A stretch of 64,000 nucleotides of DNA from Camelus ferus. Its lineage: Eukaryota. Location of the stretch: contig NC_045707.1 in assembly GCF_009834535.1 (NCBI RefSeq), forward strand, positions 45,820,001-45,884,000, in the 5' to 3' direction. The translations under genes and the position numbers were made by a program. Below are positions 1 to 13,902 of the stretch, one piece after another. The notes below the pieces were generated by a model, which saw nothing but the letters and a program-made list of their open reading frames with translations, had not been told where the DNA came from and made no database searches. How positions within the stretch are numbered: position 1 is the stretch's first letter; each line of letters opens with the position of its first letter.

Positions 1-2131
1 ATTGTTACTTTTGTAAGCTTTCTGTGTTCTTCCAGACATTTCTTTTAAATGCATCATCTTTTTCTGGAATTACATAGATTAATTTGGTACTTAGAGAAAG
101 CCCTTTATTTAAAAAGTAGACATGTTTATATGAGCCTGTTTATTTTAATACTTTCTTAAAACCATACTAGGTACAAAGAGAAGTTCGAGTTATAGCACAT
201 TTGAGTGTGGGAAGCTACAAAGCAGTGCTGACCTTTTTATGAAATACTGAGTTTAAAAGTTAAGTTCAAGGACAGAACTGCCTGGTTTCTTCTGGGTGGT
301 ATGGAAAAACTACTTTGGTGGTTTAGTCTGGGTCTGGTAATTGTGGATCTCTGGAGGGAGAAAAAAAAAAGTCTTTGCAAGTAGTTTTGACATCAGGCAG
401 AGACAATCTGTCATTAGAGCTATAAAAATTGGGCTGGTTAAATAGAGTATCAGTAAAGTACTATGATAGTATTTCCAGGAGGAACAGCTATCTTCTGCAG
501 TTTTTCAGGTTTCTCATCCGTTCCTGTTTGCATGTATTATAGATCTGTTCTATTTCCATGTAAGTGTGAATTAGCATAAGGCTGTTTGAGGTGTTACTAC
601 CAGTTTATATGTAAAGAAACTGAAGCATGATGGTAGTGACTTCAGGAAAATGAACAAAGATGGAAATGCAGCCGGATTAGTGGTTCTGAGCCCTAATGTT
701 CAAGGGTCTGTTTACCAGACTCTCCCATTTATCAAAGTATTTTGGTTTCTGCTTCAGGAAGGGTGAAATAATAAACACCGAACAAAGAAAGTCAGTTCCC
801 CCTGGATGTTTGGATAAAAATTAAAAGGAAGACAAACACATTTAGCCTTTTTCTGTTTGAAATGGTATAACTGCTTGCTCTTTTAGCCTCTGTGGATTTT
901 GTTGAAAACTTTATTTTGCTTAGATTATACATTTTTTTAAAGTCAGTTTCTTGGTAAAATATTTATAGCAGTTAATATACTTTGGCATATGTTAGTATCA
1001 TTTGAAACATTAGGAATTATAGGATAGACTTGGTTTTTAATGAACTTAAACTAGCTTGAGTTTGATTTTTTTTTTCTTTGTTTGTTTGTTTTTTCTTAAT
1101 CTGAAAAGCAGTTCTGATTTAAATTCCATGGCAACTGTAATTTTAAGTCCAGGAAAGTGAGGGTAATGTATAAAGAAGGAGTAATTGGTAACTGTTTTTC
1201 TTCCCTCTTTCTGTTGGTCTTTAGATGTATCTGCAGTCACAGGTAAACAGGTTTCAATTTAAATGAGTGGCTTTTTCACAACTTAATTTTTCTTTCAATA
1301 ACTCCACTGTTAGAAATAGGAGGATAAAGCACAGTTCCTCTCTAATGTCCTGTTAGGTTGTGGGAAGTACTCTGGAGAGGGGAGAGAGGGATAAATAATG
1401 AGACCGTTCATTGCTCTAGGTATGATTTATTTAGTAGCAAAAGTTGGGGTGAGGAAATTTAAATGAGGGCCTTTTGAGTAGTTTGAAAAATTTGGAAGTT
1501 GACATATGTCTTAATGGTTTTAGGTTAAAATGTAGTCACAGAATCATTAAATTTTAGAACTAAAGAAATCATTACAAATCATCCAGTCTCCCCCATTCAC
1601 TGATAAAACCAAGCCCAGCAGGTCTTGTTGACTTTACCCACACCATAGAGATGGGAAATTGAAAAACCACAGCTCCAACCTGGTGCTTCAAAATACCACA
1701 TTGCCACTTCTAATGCTGTTGTGGAGGCGTTACAGAGAAAGTCAGCAAGATTTGGAAAACTCAAGTGATTTTAGTTGTTGCAAAAAGATTCAGGATTGCT
1801 TGTACCACTGCCTTTTTTCCCTCCTGCTGTAACAGATACTGTTCCCTCATCAGGAAGGAGGGCTGCACACAGCAACATATGAGCACAGGATTATATGGCT
1901 CTTATTGTTTAAATAGTGATTTCAGGGAGATGCGTGTTCAAACTAAGCAGAAATTTACAGCCAGCAAATATCTGCTGCTACTAATATATGTTAATTTTAA
2001 CAAAACTTTCTACCCTCAACTCTCTGGCTCTTCCCATCAATCCAGTTTTTTCCCCACTTTACTGAAAGTTTATCAGTCAATATCATGGATAAGAAATGCC
2101 ATTAACATCAAATAGCATGGATTCCATGTTT

Positions 2132-2305
2132 AATAGTAACAGCTACTATTTACTCATATTTCTGATATGCTGAGCATTATGCTAGGAGACAGATACTATC
2201 TTTTACAGATGAGGAAACTAAGACTTTAAGGAGGTTTAGTAACTTGCCCAGGGGCACATAGCTGATATGTAGATAAACTGAGTACTAATTGGGTTTTCTG
2301 ATCCT
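2132..2305 (-). mobile_element. MIR
   Basis: Core ttttacagatgaggaaact...aacttgcccagggg. Confidence 0.75.
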
Positions 2306-4164
2306 GAGACATAGTGATTTTAAATCAGATCATGTTCATATTGTACAAGTCTGTGAATCTTCTACCCAGGGGACTATGATGGACAAAATATTACTGTCCT
2401 CAATTTGGTCACTGTCTAGAGGGGAAAATACAGGGACACCTGCAGTGATACATATAGACATTAATGAGCATTTTCAGAGGCCCCAGATTTTTCATGCAAG
2501 AAGAGCTCATGAATTGGAAAACTTCTATAGTTAGGAAATAGATGTTTCAGTGGTTGGAAATGGAACTATTCATGACATGTTTGCATTTGGTCAAGTTAGT
2601 AGCGATTGTTGTTCAAAACATATTAAAATGGTTCCTGTCATTTACCAGTTGCATGCAGACATTAATGACTCAGAAAGAATTATGTGTCTCCTATTTACCC
2701 ACTAATTTACAAGACACTTGCTTTTTTATCTGTTATCTCTGTTCCTCATGTCATTCTCTGTCAAGTACTTTCTGAACTCTAAAGCACTGGGGTTTAATAT
2801 TAATTACTATCTGTGGATTCCCCAAAGTAAATAGTTTTAGTAAGGCTGAAATACCTTTTATGTTGACATAATATCCTTATTAATGAAAAATTGGATTTAA
2901 ATGAATGATAGGGTTTTTCCCCCAAAGAGGCAGGTGATACACTCTCTTTAGTTGAAGATTAGAGTAGGTGGGATTTCTGGAGCCTTTTGAATTATGAGAG
3001 GACAAGATGTGGAAATGGGTGAGGGAACACATTCAGTTTACTGTAGGTTGATAGAAATTCTTAGGTAAAGCACACCGTTGCTGGGGCCAATGACACGGGT
3101 CACAATCACTGACCCTGTCCATCTGGAGTCTTGCAGAATCTACGCAAGGCAAAACTGATTGGGAGGTCTCTTTGTGGCTTTTTAATTCAACATCTGTGTT
3201 CATCCTGGCTAGGCTCAACTGAACCTGGTTAGTCATTTTAAGCAAATAAATGCTGTAGATCATATTATAGAAAACATTTAAATTCCTCCTGGACGCATTC
3301 TGCTGGGCATTTTAACATTGTGCTGACATTAAGTAATCAGAGTACTAATTGTGACAGGCTTCTCTAAAGCAAGCCTGATAAGACCTCTGCTTGGAAGTTC
3401 TCAAACTGTATTTCATTTTAAATATCCTGTAATTCAGATGTTTAATGGATTCTTAGTTTTTTCTCTCCATTTAATCCGAATTAAAATCTACTCAGAAGTA
3501 GCTACACAATTGGCTTCATCGTTAGGATCTTTCATTGTCAAAGGACATGTAAGTATATGCTTAAAGGTTTTAGTCTACAAATGTAGATACATGTATGTTT
3601 CACTGCTTTCCTGTGTGTTTCATCACTTGTTTGCTGCCTCTCTTCCCCATATTTTATGCTCAGGATGGAAAGGGACAGTGGAGTGACACTGCTCTGAAGG
3701 CTTTTGTTACAAGAGCCTGCTGAAATCCTGTGGCCTCAATCTGCCACTTTTCCATGACTCTGATGCCCAAAGACTCCTATCTAATGACAGTTGCTTTCAA
3801 AGGCATCTGGTTCTCATGTAAACACATTGGCATTTTAACTGCTAGAGGGGATATTTTCAAGTGATTTTTATTCCCTAGTGACTAATGAGTAACTTCAGGA
3901 AGAGCTGGGGTTTTAGGTTTTATTTTACAGAATTTATATAGAGAATTTTAGTAAAATACAGATTTTACTTTTATAGAAATTAATAAACTTAGTTTTCCCT
4001 TGGATAAATCAGAAACCAAAATAGTTTACCTCTTATTTTTTACCCTTCTCTCAGGCTGGTCTCAGCATTTGGAAATTGCAGGAATGGGCTGGACTCAAAC
4101 TAGAAGCCAGAGAAATTAAGGACAGTTCCTACTCACAAGGGATTCACAATCTGGTTTATTATTA

Positions 4165-5185
4165 TTTTTTAATTGAAATTGTTATTAATATAACTGTAGA
4201 CTGATACGCAGTTGTAAGAAATAGTACAGAGAAAACTAGGTTTACCTTAGCTAGTTTCCCCTAATGGGAACATTTTGCAAAACTATAGTAAAGTTGCACC
4301 ACCAGGATATTAACATAGATAAACCCCAGTGACCTTACCTAAATACCCTCAGTTTGTTTTTTTTTTCATTTTTTGTAATTTTTTGTTTATTGTTTTATTT
4401 TTTGTTTGGTTTGCTGTTTTTATTTATTTACCCCCAGTTTTATTCATACTCCTGTGTTAATGTATTCAGCTTGATATAATTTTATCAGGTGTGTAGGTTT
4501 GTGTATCTGCTATCATAGTCAAGATACTAAATATTTCCATCACCACAAAGATCCTTTTAATTGTTCTTTTATAACCACACCCACCTCACTCCCCTTGAGA
4601 ACCAATAATCATTTCAAAAATGTTATGTATAATGGAACCCTTTGGGGCTGGCTTTTTTCATTCAGCATAATTCCCTGCAGAGTCATCCAAGTTGCATTGC
4701 ATCCATAGTTCTTCGCTTTCTGTTTCTGAGTAACATTCCAGTTAAAGGACATCCAGTTAAAATACTGTTTCCACAGTTTGGCTCTTACAAATAAAGCTGT
4801 AGTGAACATTTATGTATAGGTTTTTGTGTGAACATTTATTTTCATTTCTCTGGGAATCAGTACCCAAGAGTGCAATTGTGAGTATATGGTAATTGTGTGT
4901 TTTCTAAAAAGTCACCAAGCTTTTCCAGAGTAGTTGTGTCATTTTGCTTTCCCACCACTGATGTACCAGTGATGCAGTATCTCCATATCCTTGTCAGCAC
5001 TTGATATTTCTCATTTTTTAATTTTAGCCATTCTCATAGGTGTGTAGTGACAGCCCATTATGGTGTAAATTTGCATTTCCTTGATGGCTAATCATGTTAC
5101 ATAACTTTTCATGTGCATATTTGATATTTGTATATCCTCTAAGATGAAATCTCTGTTTCTTTTGCCCATTTTCTAATGAGAATTC
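4165..5185 (-). mobile_element. Old L1M (L1MC/MB-like) 3' region
   Basis: Characteristic antisense L1 text (cagttgtaagaaatagtacagaga; tttgcatttccttgatggctaat; tttgcccattttcta); source of ORFs 4499 and 4609. Confidence 0.8.
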
Positions 5186-5239
5186 TTGTTTTGTTTTTAA
5201 TAACCATTTTGTAATGAAGCATTATTTGGTGCCCCACTT

Positions 5240-5715
5240 CCTAGTTAATAAAAGGTAAACTCCCTAGCTTAGTATGTAAGACTTTTTGTGGTCTGTCCTT
5301 TCTAATCTCATGATCTTACCCACCTTATAAGATTGACCAACATTCCTAAATACCCTATGCCCTTTCATAGCTTTGTTCTACTACCAGACTTAACCTTTCC
5401 CCCAGGCAGATTATCTCTCAACCTTCTACACCTAATGCAGATGTTATCTTTCAAGGAAATCTCCCCTTCCAATGTAGGAAAGGCAACAAAATACCCCTAC
5501 CTCTGCCTGTCCACTTACTATTTACTCAGTTCTGTTTTTCTTTCTAACACTTCCTATCAGTATAACATCTATTTATTTATTTGCTCATCTGTCTCCCCTA
5601 CTAGAATACAGACAGTATGAATGAGAGGCACTTAATTTTGTTACATCACTTTATCCCCAGTGCCTGGCATATAGTAGATGCATCGTAAACATTGAAAGAC
5701 TGAATGAGGAAGTGA
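5240..5715 (+). mobile_element. L2 3' end
   Basis: tgtctcccctactagaata...cccagtgcctggcatatagtagatgc...tgaatga. Confidence 0.7.
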
Positions 5716-8700
5716 ATTTGTGATAATTGTGCTGCCACTCCCCTTCGTATCCTGTTTATAAGGTATAAAAATATCCTGTTTGCAATATAATAAAAGTAAC
5801 AACTAACATTTACTTTATTGATTGTATACCAAGCAGTACACGGCACCCCTTTCCTTAGTCCACTGTTGCACGACACTAACTCATCATTCTACCAGAGCGC
5901 TTTGTTAACCTCCCCCTCCACTCCCTCCAAAAGAAGAAAAATAAGATACATGAGCTATAACAACAAATAGTGTAAGAGATTATAAGCATCTTTATATCCT
6001 TGGCCTCAGCACCTACATGGCACAGAATAGGTGCTCACATCTGAGTAAATAGTCGTCAGGTTATATATTGCTTTTACTTGCATGAGGTCAGAATCCAGCT
6101 GGATTTTGAGTAAACCAGTGTCCCACTGACCAGCTTTCCAGAAAGCACAGGAAACACCTGTTAATTTTGGAAAGCAATTCACTGATTTGGAGAATTACTG
6201 CTATTCACTAGAACAAAGCTCCCTTGGAGAAGACAAGTTGAGTTAAAAGGCCTCACATGCGTCTGTCTTTATGAGCTATGTAGCAAGCATCCTTCCATAT
6301 TACGGAATGGTGAAGCACAAAACATTCCATCTCTCTCGTTCTACTAGTCCACTAGATTTTATCAAACCTGCAGAAAGAAGCCATGGGGTCTAAATTCCCA
6401 TGTCAGTCAAAAGCAGTTTTTAACAGTTCCTAGGTAGTACAGATCTCAAGATCTTCATATGCTGTTCAGAAAATGCAGGACAAATGCATCACTAAAAAAA
6501 AATCAAAATTTTATGAAACTCTTCCCCCTTAAATGAAAGAACTCTCCCTGTGTCTTACATGTAAGACTGAAAGTGGAAAAAATCTGGGTAGTCTATAGGT
6601 ACCTTTGGAGTTAGCAGAAGTTTACTAACATGTCCCAAAGTCAAGAGCCTGGGAAAAGGCCTGGTGTAATTTTTATGTATATGGGGAAATTATCAGAATG
6701 ATTTAACTATGGGAAACAAGTTTTCCCTGATAGGGTGAATTCATATAATTATCTCAAGATTTCAACATCTGTCTATCTGCCAAAATACATTATTTTAGAC
6801 TCTTTGCTCTGTTGTCTCCAAATAAAGTATTTTGTGAACCCCAGTATGGACTAGTTGGGAATCCAGATGGGAAAGATGTTTAAGAGTCTTATCTAGAAAG
6901 TTAGGAAATCTTTTAGAAAAATGTTAACTTAAGAAAACCCCTTACCTTTATCTTTTAGTATTCTCATTGTACAACAGGTAAAATCCTATGCCTTTAGGTG
7001 TTAAGCAGCCAGGTAAAATATGCTTCTGAATTTACACAGATAACCTGTGAAAGCTATTTAAGAGATTGCATCTTTCCTCTTAATATATTAAATACTGCTT
7101 CTAGTTAACAGGTACTTATTACACATTGTGTACTGAGCACCATATTTGGGGAGGAATAAATTGCTACGAAGGCTTCAGTGAAGAATACAAAACAAAGATC
7201 TGAAGGGTGAAAGTTTTCTATGACTTAAGAAATGTCTTTTTGTTTCTATAAAATATATGAAATATTTTTGTAGGGCAAGATTTAAGTACTGTAAAATTAA
7301 GAAAATACTTTAGCTTTAATAGATTCAGGAGCTTTTTTGATGGTAAAATGAGTTTAGGTGTGTTTTTGTATTCAGTGGTTACTTAACTGTTGATGCTTTC
7401 TTACTGTAGGCTAAAATGAGATCTTAGCCATTTTCTTGAAAGATTGACTCCCAGTGGTAGTAATTCTAAACATCTTTAATTCTTATTGAGCCCTTTCACT
7501 GTTAAAAAGCAAAGTATTTTTGTATGCTCTTCTGTACTCTAGAAATTAATGTGTTGTCTGCCTGCTCATTGAAATCTTGGCCCCAGTAAATTATTTCTGC
7601 TGGTCTTTCTGCAAATGCTCTGTGGCTCTGTGGGTAGATTCCATAAGTAAAATCTGTGACTATGAGTGGAGGTGTTGGAATTCATAGAAACCTCCATTTC
7701 ACTATACTTACCTGATGCTAGGGTAAATACAGTCTTTCTTTCCTGGATTTACTTTATAGGGAACTTATCATGTTCCCTCATGGTGGGTAGATACTCTAGA
7801 GGGTTTGATGTGTGTTAATTTATAAGCTGTCTACGGTAAAAACATTGAAAATCCTTGCCATAACCCACATATCAACATGCTCTGATTTTTCTGCATTTTG
7901 GGGGAAGTCCAGATGAGGATGACTGTCTCCAGCCTATCCTTTCCCTTGCCTTTGACCTTTTCTTCCCAAATATTAAAAAAAAAATACTGTTTATGAGGAA
8001 TGCTTGAAATAATTGAGATTAGTAAGTTTGGAGAAAGGAGAATGAGGATTTTCAAATTTTTTAAATTATAGAAGTTATATAGAATCCTGGTTTGCGTATT
8101 TTTTTTTTAAGTTAAATGTACATAAAGTGAAAAGTATAATGCTCCCTCCTTTCCCTCATTATTCCCCTCCATTGCAGTCGACATAAAAGGGTTTTGGGGA
8201 GTTTTGTTTGTTTTGCTTTTTAATATGGAAAGTTTTAGAATAAATGGAAAGTTTAGGGGCAGTTAATCTCTGTCCCTCAGCGGCTGTTGTTATCTGGAAG
8301 GTACTTGAGAAAGGCAGAGGCTGTCAGCTGTTTTCCCCAGGCAGGAACAGACTCTTCCTTCTTGTGTGTCACCTCCGTGCCTGACTGCAGCCTAACCTAC
8401 CAGGAGCTCAGTAAACACATGTCACAGATGGAGGAGCGATGACACTTTATCTTACTACCTGCTCCTTATTTTTCTCCTCTTACCTTCTCTTCTGGCATCT
8501 TAATTTCTCCTTTGCTTCTTTCCTTTCTTCTTTTTTTTTTTTTTTTTGTACTTTAAGCTAGTGGCTCATAGCAGAGGACCAGTGTTTTGAAAGGCTGTCT
8601 GCTAGACTGTTTCTGCTTTAATCCCATATGAAAGTCTGTACCGGTACTTGGCTTTCCATTGCCAAGTGAAGTTCATATTAACAAAGGAATCAGCAACTCC

Positions 8701-8818
8701 ATTCCATAAGTGACACCTGCTTCTTATCATTTTAGCCTGTGTTGGTCATTGAAGTTGTCATCATTGTGATCATTATTTACCAAAGAGGGATGAAGCAAAA
8801 TTTTAGAAAGGTGCTTTA

Positions 8819-8930
8819 TTGATTTTTTTTTTATTAAAAATTTTTTTTTTAGTGAAGGTACTGGGGATTGAACCTAGGACCTCATGCATGCTACACATGC
8901 ACTCTGCCACTGAGTTATCTCTCTTCCCAC
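8819..8930 (-). mobile_element. tRNA-derived SINE (camelid Vic-1-like), short tail
   Basis: A/B-box-like head (ctcagtggcagagtgc...ggttcaatccccagtacc) and A-rich tail; perfect 15-bp TSD tagaaaggtgcttta at 8804-8818 and 8931-8945. Confidence 0.9.
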
Positions 8931-9354
8931 TAGAAAGGTGCTTTAAAAAGTATCTTGAGACCTATCAGGATACCTCTAAGTTAGTCATTTATGTTGATGA
9001 CTGAAATTCTTCTAGAAACAGGAGACAGTATTGTGATAGGCGTGAAACTGTGATTATTCTGTGCTTCGCATGTTATTGTATAAGTAGTAAGCCACCAAAA
9101 AGAAGCAGTGAAATTAAACATGGAAAACAAGCCCAGGAATGACCTACAAGACCACAGCTCACATGACCTCACTGCAGGAGTTCTTTACTCAGACGTGTGT
9201 GCTGGTGATGAGCTGTTTCACATGACTGGTAATGCAGAAGCTTCCCTCTGTACTCCTTTTTGATACAAGGCTAGACTTTTAAGTATCTAGAGTAATAATT
9301 TATATCTTTATGTTAGAGAGGGTCCTCTAAATATAAATGAGGAGAAAGAGTGCA

Positions 9355-9536
9355 CACAGGTGAGTGAGCTTTCTATGTCCCAGACATTGTTAGAGCATTA
9401 CTTGCATTAATTCATTTAATCCCCATAAAGCCCTGTCAGACAGACACTATGATTATCCCCATTTTATGGATGAGGAAACTGAGGCATAGTGAGGTTAAGA
9501 GCTTACTCAGTTTCACTTAGCCAGTAAGTGCCTGAG
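9355..9536 (-). mobile_element. MIR
   Basis: attatccccattttatggatgaggaaactgaggcatagtgaggttaag. Confidence 0.85.
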
Positions 9537-9821
9537 CTTTTTTTTTTTTTTTTTTTTTTTACTGTTCCGTAAACTATTTTATTTAAATAAAATCAGGAGC
9601 AGACCCTTTTCCCCCATACACACAGGCACATGCAAGCATGTATGCACGCCCACATCCTCTCTCTCTTCCTGCCACCCATGGCTAACTCAAACCTGGAGGT
9701 TCTCATCATGACCATCCTACCTCAACCCTGGGACAGGGTGACACCCTCTATGCAAAGATTCAAACACAGGCAGTTTTGCTCCAGAGCAGGTATACTGCTT
9801 CTTGTGCATAATGTGCTGTAA

Positions 9822-10135
9822 CAAGGATTGGCAAACTTTTTCCATAAAGGGTCAGATGGTAAGTATTTCAAACTGGCCATATGGTCTCTGTTCCCACTGT
9901 TCGTTTCTGTGGATGTATATCTACAGATACATATCTGCGGATATAACACGAAAGCAGCCACATATGATACAAAAACAAATAGGCGTGGCTCTGCTCCAAG
10001 AAAACTTTATTTGTGGATACTGAAATTTGAGTTTTATGTAATTTTCATGTCTCCCAACATAATATTCCTGATTTCTTTTCTTTGTTTTGATATAAGAAGC
10101 ATTCTTAGTTCACAGGCAGCAGGCTGGATTTACCT
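9822..10135 (+). mobile_element. hAT-Charlie MER58B-like
   Basis: caaggattggcaaactttttccataaagggtcagatggtaagtattt...gtggctctgctccaagaaaactttatttgtggatactgaaatttga. Confidence 0.8.
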
Positions 10136-11409
10136 ACTTATACTGTTTTTACGTGAGATGTTAGGATAAAGGCCGTTCATTTATTCACTTATATATGCAA
10201 GAAATAGAACAGGTATCATACTAAATTCTAGGGTTACCAGGGGTAAACCAGAGCAAAAACTTTCAGTTCCTTTTGCCATTCTTGTTACCTAATGGACCGT
10301 GATGTTCTTCTTCTCATGACTACTTTCTAAAACTTTGTCTTTATTTCCTGTCCTTTGCATGTACCAGATATGTTTATATTCTCTCATTTAATCTTCATAG
10401 CCAGTAGTGTTATCTCAGTTTTATAGTTCAGGGAAGTATAAAATTAAGGAGCCTAAATAGCTAACCAGTTTCACACTGCCAGGTGAGTGGTGGACCCTAG
10501 ATTCAAATACAGGTTTGTCTTAGGCCGAAACCAGCATTTTTTTCTTCTCTCCTCTGCTGCCTTCTCTCTACTCCTAGAAATATATGAAACTATGATGAAA
10601 TATTTGTGGCCCTGTCTAAAGTGAATCTCTCACTTCGTGAATGCATGTTTATTTTTACTTTCCTTTCATTTTCCTTGACTCTGGTTTTTGAAGATGTTAC
10701 CCAAGTTTGATGGAAATGTTATAACTTTTCTTTGTTTCTTGATCAAGGGAGCCAAAGATAGGGCTCCTTGGGGTTATTGGTGTTTCATGTTTGGTCTAGA
10801 GTAGACCTTTAAGCTCTCTTTGTAGATAGTATCTGAGGAAGAGAAATGATAAATGGAATTGTTCATGTATACGTTTAAAAAAGGAAGTGGACTAGTTTAT
10901 TCTTGAGCAATATTAACCTCCCCCTCTCTGGCTACTTTGGGCTCCCAAGAAGCCTACTGTTCTTTTTCTCCATGTCAGTGGGAAATCCTAATTATGGGTT
11001 GTACTTCCAGTTAGAAGATAAGAAACTCAAGTAGGCTTGAATAAAATAGATCTGGGACTGCAGGCAGGTGTTCTGTGAGTTTAACTACTGTTTTCCTTGT
11101 TAATATCCCACTATTTTATTGGGTCTGTATTTAATGTAACGTTTAATATTGTGTAACATGGAATATGTCATATTTCTGTAACGTAACGATAATACCTTTA
11201 ACTTGAGAATTGCTTTGAGTTTATCCTGGCAGAGTCTGTTTGGATGTATATGCAAAGTATACTTAGGTAGTCATGAAGTTAACTTTATACACCCTTCAAC
11301 ATGGTTTCTCAGGATAATCCTATTGGAAACCACCAGTGCACCTGCTTTGTACTTAAGGATCTCAGAAAATGACACCTTCTTTGGTGGTTGTTTTAATTAC
11401 CTTCTATTC

Positions 11410-11850
11410 ACCATATTAGGTTGGGAGGAATGGGGATGCCCAAACAAATGACACTGGACAGATGAGATTGACAGCAGGTTATTAGCCATACATACCATCT
11501 TGGGTAGGAGGACATAGGACACCACACAGGGCCATACTGAGGTAGCACTTGGGAACAGAGTGAACCACCAGGGGCTGTGGGAGGCAGGCTTTGTAGTATC
11601 AAGAGGATGAGATGACCCTTGGATTCCATGGGAGAATGTGATCGACTAGTTTGAATAATTTCACACATTGGTAAGGAACTAAAGTCCTCTAAATCAGGGA
11701 TGAGCCAGAACAGTCCCTTTGGTAAAGAAGGTTGGTTGGCCAGGGGACCTTGTCTGAGGGAGCAGAGTGGGAAGAACAATGTGTAGTTAGGCCATTTAGG
11801 CCCTCTTGGTTTTCCCCAGACGTCAGGGTGTATTAGGCCTTACACCATAG
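11410..11850 (-). mobile_element. ERVL-type solo LTR (MER54/MER74-like)
   Basis: Recalled motifs (gacagcaggttattag...; gtttgaataatttc; ttaggccctc); subfamily and strand uncertain. Confidence 0.5.
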
Positions 11851-13115
11851 TGATTTCATACTGAGTCACAATCAAGAGCAAAGCATGGGCACAGGGCACG
11901 ATCATATTTTCCAAAAGTCTCACCACCTTTTTAGTGACTGTTGGAATTATGATGAAAAGACATTAGCAGAAGCAACGTGGCATGTACAGTTGACACAAAA
12001 ACACATGGCCTAGAGAAGGTAGTCAGAGGGTGAGCTGTTTATCTCTACCTGCTCGCCAACCAGTCTCACTGCCCTGGCCTGGCTCCCCAGCTAGGTTTCC
12101 TGCTGTAGTGTTAGAACCTGGTAAAGCCAAGGGGACGGGTTGAGTTTGGATCCCCAGCTACCATAATGGATGGATGATTGTCCCTTCTGACTCGCCTGCT
12201 TGCTAGTCATGTTAGCAGTAGGAACCTCTTTTTAACTGGTAAATCACTAACTTCTCATCACAGAGAAATATACTCACCCCCACCCCCGTCACCTGTCACC
12301 CTACTCATCACTTCCATTCCTACCTCCAAGCCTTTGCTCACACCTCTGTTCCTCTTCCATTCACTGGAGTCTGTTCTCCTAAGTGCCCATGCCTCAGATC
12401 TCTCTGACTGCCCCAGGCTGCATGCGGTACTTATTCCTCTGTCTCTGCAGCCCTAGTGTCTGTGCACTGCCTTTAACATTTAGCATGCACTCCCTTTCAG
12501 ATATTCTCTTTTTAGAAAATAGTCCATGCCTTTATCCTACTTATTGAGGTTATCCTGATTCCTTGTGCCTCTATCTGTTTAGGAAGGTTTCACTTAGCAG
12601 GTAAAAAGAGAAACAACCAGTAGAATTTACAGTTTGAACATTATCTGCAACTCATTTTATTAGGTTATCTTCATCCAGCCCCTAAAATAATATATGATGC
12701 ATAATAAGCTTGCAGTAAATATTTATTGAAATAAATGATATAAGCTTTATATGTATTAAATATTTTAAAATATATATTTGGAAATATATGTATATGTGTA
12801 TAAATACATATATGTGTGTGCACATGTGTGTCTAAATATGTAGCGTCCTCATGTATCATCCCAGCCTCTTTATTTCTAGTGGCCTTTATTTGGTCTGGTA
12901 CTAATGAGTTACTGTCACCTAATAAGGAGGTCAAGGGGAGAAGTGGTGTTGGATCAACTCTAATTTTATTTAAACATTTAAAAAATTTTTTTCAACAAAA
13001 TAAACACATCTTTGCTACAGTGAGAAAACTGGGTTGGGAACCTGCTAGATTTTATTTGGAGGCAGTCCTAAACTCAGTAAAATGCTTTTCTATTTGTATT
13101 AACAAATAGATTTCT

Positions 13116-13226
13116 TTTTTTTTTTTTTTCACGTCAGACGGGTTTGTAACAAGGCTTCAGGAGGCACATGTCACACAAGCGCGGGAACACCCAATCATCC
13201 ATCACACTCATGAACTACAAAAGGAT
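13116..13226 (-). pseudogene. SNORD13: U13 (SNORD13) box C/D snoRNA retro-pseudogene with poly(A) tail
   Basis: Minus strand reads ATCCTTTTGTAGTTCATGAGTGTGATGGATGATTGGGTGTTC...CCTTGTTAC...CCCGTCTGAC-GTG-poly(A), matching U13 as recalled; flanked by a 15-bp TSD with 2 mismatches (13101-13115 and 13228-13242). Confidence 0.9.
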
Positions 13227-13902
13227 CAACAAAAAAATTTCTGTCTACATTTCTTGAAGAGCATTTTGAACAATCATTCTGCAAACCCCCTAAGAAAGCA
13301 AAATTGCTGCTAATTAAATGTTCGGTATTTATTTTAGCTAGTGCTTGTTTTAGGAGACATTTTTATAAGAATTTGTTCCACTGTAGCTAGGAACAACTCA
13401 GGCTCTATCTAGATGCCTCCCAGCTAAGCTAGAGAGACAGGAGTGTCTATTGGATTGTTATCGGCCTTGGGCTTCTCCTGTGTCTTTAAGATCACCCCCG
13501 GAACCCTGGAGGGCATGATCATCCTTACTTGCAGGGTGGGAGTTCTCCCACAACCCAGACAGAGCGCTGTGGGAGATGCCAAATAGGACAGTGCTGTGTA
13601 CGGGGGTCCGGTCAATAGCCTGTGGTTACTCTGTGCCCTTCAGACTGCTGAACGATCCCTTTATAACTTGTTTTTTCTCTTTTTCAGCCTTTTTCAAGGC
13701 TTGTCAGGTCAGTCCTATCTGTTTTCTAGAGACTCATGCTAATGGTTTTCACAAATAAGCCCCTACAGGCCCTAAGGGAAGGCACAGTCTTTGTTTTTTT
13801 TTTCCCACATTAAGGGATAGTTAAAGGGAAAAAATAAAGGCCATCTTGAAAATGTGCGGAGATCTAAATCTAGGTTTGGAGGGAGAAAGGGACAGGAGTT
13901 AG

